Assembly (NCBI RefSeq): GCF_000150275.1 | Contig: NW_002061041.1 | Span: 1-15,909 of the forward strand | Origin: Trichoplax adhaerens | Lineage: Eukaryota; Animalia; Placozoa | DNA length: 15,909 nt | Reading direction: 5' to 3' | Made by a program: the position numbers and the translations under genes | In this document: positions 1 to 10,313 of the stretch, one piece after another | Numbering within the stretch: position 1 is the stretch's first letter | How the letters are laid out: each line of letters begins with the position of its first letter | The notes under the pieces: generated by a model | Databases searched by the model: none | Told to the model about the DNA's origin: nothing | The model's input: only the letters and a program-made list of their open reading frames with translations

Positions 1-1855
1 TCGACTCTAGCTAATACTTTATTATAATAATATGAAAAGTGGGTTAATAACAAGCTTCAAATAATACAGCAGTCACTACAATTTACGTAAGCGAAAATTA
101 ATCCATACGCTAGTACTTAGTCTACGTTCTTTTATTCGTGTTAGATTTGTGCCTTGACAATTACCTTAAACAGAACTAGTGTGCAGGATGAAAATTATAA
201 AGCATTTATTGCGGTGTAAATGCGTACATTTTCATTTCGATAAAATCATTGCCTTATTATCATATAAAATATATATAATTATGATAAAATAGAACCAGGT
301 AAACACAAAATATAGAACACAGATGTTGCAATTCAGGAATTATATTTTAAATTATTGAATCGATAGGATGTACAAATATTGATTAATTGTGTTAGGTAGC
401 CAATATCTTATGACACTTCTCAACTTTCTGTTATCAACGGATATATATAATGAAAATAAATTAGAATGAAACCGTAAGAGTTTAGTTCATCTTTATTTTA
501 TTAAGAGATTCTCTAAAAATTATCTAAAAACCAAGCTTTATTACTTTCAAAATCAGCTAAGTAACATGATTACTAAGCGTAAATGTTTAGTACAATCAGA
601 CTGCATTATGGTAGTTACTAGGTAGTCTCCAGTAGACTGGGGTAGTTTCAAAATACTTTTTTACAAAGTTTCGTCTTGTCATTCAAGACCGGTCTCCATA
701 TAAAAGCAGAAATATATGTGTGAACTACAACTCTATACCATCGTAATCTATAGAAATCCCTAGAAATCCTTAGAAATCCCTAGAAATCCATAGAAATATA
801 TCATAGATAGCATGAACAAACATGCAAGCTATTCACTGCAGCATGTTGTTTATCCAACTACAAAACGAGTAAACTTGTAATTAAAACAGCCAAATTAAAG
901 TAACTGTTACATGCATGATTGGAGCCTTAAGCTACGTAACAATCATATTAATGGATGAACGAGACGACACAACGAATAAAAGATGACTATAAAACTAAAA
1001 TTTATCGTCAATTCTATAGGCTATTACAGTAGTATAGTAATTATAAAAGAAAAAAAAGTGAGCCGATAATATATACAACAATAAATTTGAGAATAATTGT
1101 AGATCTAAGGCAAGCCGCAGCTCATACTCTGTTTATTTCAAGATAAAGTCACCTCAATGAGATAAAAATGCTAAAATATGCAATATTTCAGTACGAATAA
1201 GAATCAATAACAAAACGATTCAATTTCAGATCATTTGATATTCTTTTGTGAAATGAGTAAATAAAATTTTGGAAGAAAGAACTCATATCAGCTTGATTAA
1301 TGGACGAGAATAAAAATGTCATGGACTGATGCATTCGAGAGAAAAATCTTCTCATAAAATATCGACGTGCGTATATTTGTATTAATATAAACCATCATAC
1401 GTTTTGGTCAAGGTCTCATCGAACAATTATTACAGTGTTGCAGTATTTTAAAAATATGGGTATATGTTGTATGTTGACCTTGCAGTAATTATAGGTTGAA
1501 GATAACTGGACAAAAGCGAATAGTGCATACTGTATATTGTTTTGAAAGACGAGTAAAATATCTCACTCGCGAGTTTGCACATATGTACTTTTTGGACTGC
1601 TATTAAATATATCACTACTTTATAACTATTTTACTATTGCGGCCATTGTTAAGATCATTTTCTATATCGGAACGATTTTTATTTTTTTTGTACTTTTTCC
1701 ACTATAAAATTATTGGAGTAAATCAAGATCTCCTCTGCCTGACATTACTATATCGTAATCTCGAAAGTTTTTATTAATAAAATTTTGAATCGACATTTTA
1801 TCAACGTAGCTGATGGGATAAGTGATCACACACAGCATTATCTACGTGCAACTGA
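1..1855 (+). repeat. Long direct repeat, copy A (segmental/tandem duplication); truncated by the window start and by an N-gap
   Basis: Starts TCGACTCTAGCTAATACTTTATTATAATA and ends CATTATCTACGTGCAACTGA. It is colinear with 13993-15801, about 94% identical over the first 334 bp and apparently identical over about 1377-1855. Confidence 0.97.
751..797 (+). repeat. 10-bp minisatellite (TAGAAATCCN) x4.7
   Basis: tagaaatccc tagaaatcct tagaaatccc tagaaatcca tagaaat. The paralogous site (14718-14734) has only 1.7 units. Confidence 0.93.
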
Positions 1856-2434
1856 NNNNNNNNNNNNNNNNNNNNNNNNNNNNNNNNNNNNNNNNNNNNN
1901 NNNNNNNNNNNNNNNNNNNNNNNNNNNNNNNNNNNNNNNNNNNNNNNNNNNNNNNNNNNNNNNNNNNNNNNNNNNNNNNNNNNNNNNNNNNNNNNNNNNN
2001 NNNNNNNNNNNNNNNNNNNNNNNNNNNNNNNNNNNNNNNNNNNNNNNNNNNNNNNNNNNNNNNNNNNNNNNNNNNNNNNNNNNNNNNNNNNNNNNNNNNN
2101 NNNNNNNNNNNNNNNNNNNNNNNNNNNNNNNNNNNNNNNNNNNNNNNNNNNNNNNNNNNNNNNNNNNNNNNNNNNNNNNNNNNNNNNNNNNNNNNNNNNN
2201 NNNNNNNNNNNNNNNNNNNNNNNNNNNNNNNNNNNNNNNNNNNNNNNNNNNNNNNNNNNNNNNNNNNNNNNNNNNNNNNNNNNNNNNNNNNNNNNNNNNN
2301 NNNNNNNNNNNNNNNNNNNNNNNNNNNNNNNNNNNNNNNNNNNNNNNNNNNNNNNNNNNNNNNNNNNNNNNNNNNNNNNNNNNNNNNNNNNNNNNNNNNN
2401 NNNNNNNNNNNNNNNNNNNNNNNNNNNNNNNNNN
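1856..2434. other. Assembly gap (579 N)
   Basis: Run of N. Confidence 0.99.
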
Positions 2435-2899
2435 TCATACAATAGTATAACAAGTGAATATTATTATGAAACTACGCCATCACTCCCTTTCTTTTGTACT
2501 ATAATCTTTATTCATACAATCCTTATTTGTGCTTTAAAATCAATCAAGAAAGTCAATTAACATCTTTTCATTCTTCATTCCTCTATGCCGTATCTAATTA
2601 AACAAACGAATACCAGTTGGCACTACACCGAATAGAATTGTTTGTTAGTTGAAAATGTCACTACGCACGATAAAGTGGTGGCGCATCTACTGTACTGTAC
2701 GTATAATAATAATTGAAATCAAGGAAAACACAGGAAAAGCCCACGTTGCAATTTCATAAATAGAAATGGCGAAATCTAATAAGGTAGTGAAATTTCGTCA
2801 TCGTTTCTTAATGGATGAGTGCGTGAAATCATCGGTGAATTTGCCGCTTTAAATACGGTACTTTTATAATTTAAATCTACTGATTGACACATTGAAATA

Positions 2900-3560
2900 A
2901 AAATAGAAGCTGATTCAACGTTGCCCAAACGATATGTACAATCTTTATTATCGCATCCTCTTGCGCAAATGATCGAATTTCATAGCATATTTTATTGCGT
3001 CCATGATCATAAATTACAACAAATAGCAGTAAGTTCTTGCCAATACTACTCAAATATCAACCACTGTTAATTGTATCTGTCAATAATGTGCAGATATGGG
3101 TAGATTAGTGTTATAAAAAAAGATCGTAGGCATACGACAAGGAATAGATTTGACCTTCTCTGGGGTCAACTAATTGTATCGCATCATTATTTTAGTGCCT
3201 TATTATTGACACTGTAGTCGTGGCTACGAATGGACGAGTATTTAATGAACTCATGCAGCTTTTAACAACAAACGCAAATAGGCAGTGGAAAGAATTTGGA
3301 GTATTTAAGGTTAATTTTGACGCCATCCTATACATTGCCAGATTTGGATTCGATTAATACGACTTTCGCCTCAAAATATCGACGATCACCAATAAAATTG
3401 ACATTTTAAAGTGGAAGGAACACTATGAAAACAGAAGGCCGTGGTATTTGTAGTCAACGTAATGGTCCTATTTAAAGAATGATTTTATTTTATTATTTTT
3501 ATATGATTGCAATCAGCCAGCATTCGATACTTTGTATAACCATACTAATAAAAATTAATA
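2900..3560 (+). mobile_element. Possible highly degenerate Penelope-like retroelement reverse transcriptase remnant
   Basis: Motif-like fragments occur in the expected order, broken by stops and frameshifts: D-STL (2912), GRLVL*KKIVGIRQGID (3099-3149; cf. GxxxFxQxxGIPMGxD), SYTLPDLD (to 3349; cf. SYLDL/FLDLD), HYENR (3421-3435; cf. LYDKR), ISQ/IRY (3512-3530; cf. ISQLIRY). No intact catalytic (Y/F)IDD. Boundaries are approximate. Confidence 0.4.
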
Positions 3561-5938
3561 CTAAGGGTAAATTAATATTATTCTGCTAACTGCCAGTAAC
3601 AGTAGTAGACGATAGCTGGTATGATGATGAGACGCAGGCAGTTTGTCGTATAATCCACCAATTTACTGAATTTTATGATGGAAGAAAGTGAACAAATTTC
3701 TATTTACAGTATTATGTTCTAAATCGTAATACGTCATGATAACTGCAACCATATAACTTCTACGATACTTATAATTAAATCGAGCTTATTTCGTTATCCA
3801 TGAATAGGATATTTTTCGTCACAAGGCTTTGTATGACAAGTTTATTGAGAACCATTGAACGTTTCATCTGTAGTAAATAGATTTTTCTACTTAAATAACA
3901 TTCAATGTCATTCTATTTCATGGACCATCAGAAGAATGCGTCTTTGACGAGTGATCCATATCTAGTCATACTGTATTGCTATTTCGACAAAATTGCACAA
4001 CGCTGATGCTGAATATTCAACACTTTACTGTTCCTCTTTTCTTGGCTCACTGCAAGAAAACGATTCAATTGACATTTTTGCAATCATCTTTGAACGTTGC
4101 ATATAGTTAGAAGCTGAGTTCAGAGTAAAACATGCAAAAGAACATTCTACGCGTGTTTTAGAGAATAAGAGTTGAGACTTGATCGAGTGAGATTTCCTAC
4201 ACCATAGTCTGCTAAACTACATCTGGTCCATCGTGTACCGACATGACAGTGCATCGTCTACTAAATTAGTGTACTGTACTGAGTGATCACTACACATTGC
4301 ATATTCCACATTAGTCATTGCCTTCTTGGATAAGGTTGCTGACATTAAGACAATGAAGATAAGGTCTCTGTACTAATATCAATCCTTCTGTACTGACGTT
4401 AATCACTATTCTTATCAATTCATGTTACAGCCAAAGACTTGGTTATGACAGTACTTTAGTATACAGACAGTCGATTTTGAATTGAATTCTTTTATGGAAA
4501 GTAAGTCATGGACTACTGGATACTATCGACCAGTATGATGGCGGGCTTTGTAAAATAGTTGGAGCGACTGAGCGACTGTGCCGCATCGCAGTTTAGTCTT
4601 AATCAATTATTATGCTATTTTTCTTACATTTGACAATAACTTAATAAATATCTTATTTATACCTATTTCTGATAGGTAAATGTATTCGTCAATACATAAG
4701 ATAAAGTTTTAACTTCAATTGTAACATGACGAGTAAAGTAAAACATAGAATTATCGGTGTGTTACAATACAGTCTAAGATTAAAGATTATTATAAATAAT
4801 AATAATCAATATCGGTTAATAGAATCTTGAAAGACACATATTACAAAGTTACTCTGAGAGCTAATATCACGTTGACGCCATTTAAATTATCGTAATAAAT
4901 GATCATCCAAATGATGGCCGTTCAGCTTTTCGTTATTATTTCCTTTCATCTTATCTTATACACAGTCGAAATAAATTTCTTGCAAACCAAACTCCTCTTC
5001 ACGTTCGCCAAATGATATCATTTTCATATCACCCTCGTCATCATGCTGAACATGACGTTAAGAGATGAAGCCTAATATATAATATACGAACTAGTTTCTA
5101 TATACTTTGTAAGATTCTATTTATTGAAGGTTATCAAGCAGACCTTAGCATCTTAAAAATCAATAAAGTCTGTAATAAAGTTATGATAATGACGCATATA
5201 CGCCAAAGATCGAGAAAAGTCCATTAAGAGAACGAGCCCTTTGTTAAGACTGTGCATATTATAATTCTTAATAATACCTATATAAAATATGTAATAATTA
5301 TGAGAATACATTCGAAACACGGACCTATATTATATAGAATGCTTGAGTAATAAACGATTTCACTACGATAAATTAATTGGTATAAGATACTACGTGATTG
5401 TGTAGCTGATGTCATCACCCATTTTAATTGTCTAACTGTATACTGTAGCTAGATGGCTCGCTTTACTTGATCATAATTGACTCTACTATAGAATTTCACA
5501 GAATTGATACTACAGTATGTGCTACATTGCCTTTTATAATTTAATAGTTAGACTTACTATTATTCAATTAGGCCATTTACCATATCCAATGCGGCAAGTT
5601 AAAAAAGCAATTCACGTAATTTTCATCCGTTTCAAATGGAATATAAACTGTTATGTAACACTTTTCAATTAATGTGCAATAGCAATTGCCGTACTATAGA
5701 ATACTTATAATTCAACGAGTACGGCGATTGTGGTGTTTACCCATGAAAAATACCGAAAACAATCGGCAAAAGTGATCAGTTAGGAAGCAATTGCATATCA
5801 TCTCCTCTATATCTAATACTTTAACTTCCGTGTCTTGATGCTTCTTGTTCGCTAGAAATACGGGATACATTGATTATTTATTGCTTATATCAAAATCTAA
5901 TGGATATTTCATTATAAAGTATAAATTGATTACGTCAT

Positions 5939-6494
5939 TGTAATGTAACTAGTATTGTAATTGTAGACTGTTAGCCATGTGTAGTATAATGTACGGTAGA
6001 TATTTATCCTAAGAGATATTTGGTAGCTGTAACTATAGACTGTAGTGATAGAGACTCTATGCTAGAGTACAAATGACTATATACAGTAAGGTAGTGAGTT
6101 ACTAATAAGGCTATAGGTAAAAATAGAACTGTAAAATAAATCATATATTAGGATATGGTTAATTCATTGTACTTTGGCTGGCGTGAATAATGTCTACGTA
6201 AGTACAGTAGTCGTATCCATATTGGATTAATGATGGTCCGCAGTAGATTAGTCTTACTAAGAATAATTTAACTATGTGTAATATAAGGTAAAAGATTGCC
6301 ATGCGGATTGTAGCTGCGAATGCTACGGAAAGTATAAAAGCATGAAACTATAGATTATTCTGTTAGTTCGTTGTAGAAGTCTTTAGTAGTAGTATTCGGC
6401 TAGAGTAGAACTGTGTGTAGTTAATCTTTGTATAAGATTCAATAAAGCCCTTATTTTTCTAAAATTTGGAATCTCGTGATTGGTATATTTCACA
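5939..6494 (+). mobile_element. Solo-LTR-like element, copy 1 (556 bp)
   Basis: Ends TGTAATG...TTTCACA (TG..CA). TATAAAA at 6333-6339 and AATAAA at 6441-6446. It is the reverse complement of 8451-9002 with about 13 substitutions and 2 indels. The flanks (GTCAT / ACATT) are not a clean TSD. Confidence 0.75.
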
Positions 6495-7819
6495 ACATTG
6501 ATTGAGCTATAACTTATAAATTAATAAAGGGACTTGCTTAAACTATTTTAGCGGATAGCCTGACTGAGATAAAGTGGCTTTAAAGCTTGAATTTTTTATT
6601 CATATTAGCTATAAAGCATCTAGTCTTTGATAGAGAGACCGAACTTAAATTTGCGTCAAGTTGAGATATATAACATGTCGGTAATATCATCTATTTTATG
6701 CAATCTATTTCCACTTAAGAAACAATTCATAGACAGGATATACCTAGGGTTACGTTGCCATTCTTTGTTTGATAAATATTTTTTATTCCATCGCTGTTTT
6801 GCTTTAGCTCTACAAGTCAGTAACTTTATATTATTTATGCATTGCCATAACTAAAACCCTATTGAATACCAAATCGATTCATTACGTTATTTTTATGGTT
6901 TGGTCATTAAGCATTTTACCAAATAGGTAAATCGTTAACGATATTTTTAGCAATTATTTCTAATAGCGTTCTCTATTCATTTTATTATCACAGAAGTCAA
7001 TCTATTGATCTAGATTACAGAAGCTTACCCTGTAGTGAAAATCAGCTGAGAAAACAGTTTTTGCATTTATCACGAGCGAGAACCAAGTAATCTCGAAATA
7101 TCATAATATTCAGTCATGACTTATAATAATAAATCCTTTCTACAAGAATTAGAATCTTGTAGTTTATAAACGCGAAAGCAATAGACGACAAGTTATCACT
7201 ATTAAAAGAACTGTGAAAACTATATAATTTCTTCTTAATCGTATACATGATTTAGAAAGATGAATTTTTTCCTGTTTTATATCTAGCTCACAATCCTTAC
7301 TTTCTATATAAAATATTAAGAAATGTAACCTAAGTTATTTGTATTGTTAGTTGTTAATTGATATTTACTGAGAATTTATGAAACCTGAAATCTTTGTAAT
7401 AAGTATAGTAAATCCTTGTTAAAGATGTCTCATAGTTTTCCATATGAAGTAAGTGAATCAGACTGAATTCTGAAGTACTGCTGTCACAACCGAGATTGTA
7501 ACACAAGAATTAAACGGGATTCTTTCCTCTAAAGTAGACTTAACTATCTAAGCAACTAACTCTAAGCACTCTTTAATCAACCAAACTTAGATTCGAGTCT
7601 TAGACGATAGATTACTCACGTTAAGGATCAAAACTTTATTCTAGAAGCTATTTTATTAAAATGTCCGATTGAACGCACAACTTACAATTACGACTAGCAA
7701 CTGATAACCATCTGTCATCGACTAACGTAACTAACTCTCAATTAAGAACTTTGAGACTTTATATATCCTCACCAACTTCGTTGGTACAAAAACAGTAATT
7801 AATTAATAACCCAGTCTAC

Positions 7820-7869
7820 NNNNNNNNNNNNNNNNNNNNNNNNNNNNNNNNNNNNNNNNNNNNNNNNNN
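7820..7869. other. Assembly gap (50 N, probably a placeholder size)
   Basis: Run of exactly 50 N between the two inverted LTR-like copies. Confidence 0.97.
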
Positions 7870-8450
7870 TAAATTGAGCAAGATCTAACACGAAATAAAT
7901 ATTAGCAGACCTGCGAGCTTACCATTCTATCATACCATCATTCATACAGTTACTTTATTAAGCTTAATGATCTAATCTATGTTACATGATGAAGCTAACT
8001 TTAAATTACTACTGTAGTTGCTGGAATCGATACAGTTATGTACTAGTACATTAATTTAGAATCATTGTATATAGGAGACACGGATTTACAACATTTTAAC
8101 AGGCTATATTGCTAACTAAAACCATAACATTTGATACTTTCTAAATATTTCTAGAAATTTAGTCCTATTCGAAATTCATAATTAGCTTGAATATAGATAT
8201 TAATCTCAAATAATGGCAGAAAAAGCTTAATCACGTTTCATTTTCATTTCATGCTTTTTACTTTTTAATTGGAATGTATGCTATCGATATTCCGTGGCTA
8301 TAAAAGCCTCTTTTTCATTTTAATAAAGCGATCTTCTTAGTTCTAAATTTTATATATTTTACTAAGAGCCTAATTCCAGTCGAAGCAGTACGAATCTACG
8401 TACTTCTACCGTATTTAATTTATTAATATATAACGCCATTTTTACTAGCG

Positions 8451-9002
8451 TGTGATATATACCAATCACGAAATTACAAATTTTAGAAAAATAAGGGCTT
8501 TATTGAATCTTATACAAAGATTAACTACACACAGTTCTACTCTAGCCGAATACTACTACTAAAGACTTCTACAACGAACTAACAGAATAATCTATAGTTT
8601 CATGCTTTTATACTTTCCGTAGCATTCGCAGCTACAATCCGCATGGCAATCTTTTACCTTATATTACACATAGTTAAATTATTCTTAGTAAGACTAATCT
8701 ACTGCGGACCATCACTAATCCAATATGGATACGACTACTGTACTTACGTAGACATCATTCACACCAGCCAAAGTACAATGAATTAACCATATCCTAATAT
8801 ATGATTTACAGTTCTATTTTTACCTATAGGCTTATTAGTAACTCAACAGCTTACTGTATATAGTCATTTGTACTCTAGCATAGAGTCTCTACCACTACAG
8901 TCTATAGTTACAGCTACCAAATATCTCTTAGGATAAATATCTACCGTACATTATACTACACACGGCTAACAGTCTACAATCACAATACTAAGTTACATTA
9001 CA
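8451..9002 (-). mobile_element. Solo-LTR-like element, copy 2 (552 bp), with 5-bp TSD
   Basis: The + strand reads TAGCG|TGTGATAT...TACATTACA|TAGCG, a perfect direct repeat TAGCG at 8446-8450 and 9003-9007 exactly where homology to copy 1 ends. Minus-strand TATAAAA at 8606-8612 and AATAAA at 8499-8504. Confidence 0.85.
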
Positions 9003-10092
9003 TAGCGATAACTTTTAGTTACTGCAGAAGCGTATAAAAGGCCGGCATATTTTATAATAATAAAGTTAATTCTTAAATTTAGCGTTTAACTCGAAGCCAA
9101 CCGAGTTAAATCGCTGATAATATTAAGAAGTATACTCAAGTGTTCCAAAGTGTTTTTAGATAGATTTGTAATGTCCTGATACGTGATTCGGGAAGAAGAT
9201 TCGTATATTTGACTTTCTAGTTATTTTACTATCGATCTTGTTTGTGGCAGACAATTCATGAGCTTTTACTTTTTGAAAGTTAAAATATATTTAAAGCGAC
9301 AATTTTAACACTTAATATGATCTCTGTTCAGATGAATACTACTGTCTTATTATTTATCTTTGATCCAGGTGCTCTTAGTAATTAAACAGAAGTATCTTTG
9401 TTCCGGTACACCGCACTCAATACTGGTCCATTAAATACGAAAATTAATTAATCTGCCGAAATGTAATCTAATACCAGCGAATTTATTTGTTGATTCGGAT
9501 AAGCAAATTACAATAAGTTTTAGGGTGATTAGTCCAATCATAAAATGTTATTTATTACCCGTGGAATATCGAATTGTATTAATAGTATCTCACAAACATT
9601 TTATCTAATTTAGTCTATTTCCTACAAAATTATTGTCTTAGACAGATAAAATTTAAAAGAAAAAGCTTTTATTACAGACTTAAGAATAGTAAAGCAATAA
9701 TAGAATAGAATAAGTATCGAATCTAATGTACCTTGAGCTCCAAAGAAGTCTAGTCTATCGCAAGCTCAGCTTAGTAGTTCTGAAATACTTTCTTTCAATC
9801 TGTTTAAGGTAACAAATTTGCCTACAATGAGATTTGAGTCACCAAACACAAGACTCATTTCTTAAGTAGATCGTCAGCATGTTTTATAGTACGAATTTAT
9901 GTACTTAAATTATTCTTATTCTTCTATAAGTGTCCAACACTATAAGGTGCTAGGTATCTCCACAATTAGAGTACATAAAGTCATATATAATCTTGTACCA
10001 TACTTAACAAACTGGCGAATGTAAGTGCTGTAAGCAACAATTCCCAATATAGTAATTAGCCATCATCTAACATCAGTGTCGCGATAACATCT

Positions 10093-10313
10093 ATAACTAG
10101 AAGCCTAAATATATCGAACGTAGCTATCGACATAATCAATATACGCTGTATATGGCTATGCAAAAGCTATTAATACGATAATTATCAGCATTATTCTCAC
10201 AATGATCACCATTACTAAAAGCCTCAATACATCAAACGTAGCTATCGACACAATCAAATATGGTGTATATCGCTATATCAAAACTATCAATTCGATAATT
10301 ATCAGCATTATTC
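10093..10313 (+). repeat. Diverged tandem duplication, period about 117-118 bp, 2 copies
   Basis: AACGTAGCTATCGACA at 10117 and 10235. CGATAATTATCAGCATTATTC ends at 10196 and 10313. The intervening sequence is alignable. Confidence 0.88.

Noticed and set aside
751-797. CRISPR-like array
   Set aside because: Contiguous 10-bp units with no spacers, eukaryotic context, no cas genes.
1785-2453. Four ~200-aa ORFs in the track
   Set aside because: Artefacts of translating through the N-gap.
860-4740. Recurring short words AATGGAYGA and GACGAGTA
   Set aside because: Short, irregularly spaced and without shared flanks; cannot be distinguished from background without an enrichment test.
6627-6854. 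75-aa ORF in the spacer between the inverted arms, as possible cargo or transposase
   Set aside because: TTG start, short, no recognisable domain; consistent with chance.
8038-8051. Perfect palindrome ATGTACTAGTACAT (also ATCGTTAACGAT at 6931-6942)
   Set aside because: A few palindromes of 12-14 bp are expected by chance in 15 kb of DNA this AT-rich.
5939-9002. A single DNA transposon with 555-bp TIRs (foldback, MuDR or Maverick-like)
   Set aside because: No convincing TSD around the whole unit (only CATTG/CATAG if the ends are trimmed), whereas the right arm alone has a perfect TSD and LTR hallmarks. No transposase in the spacer.
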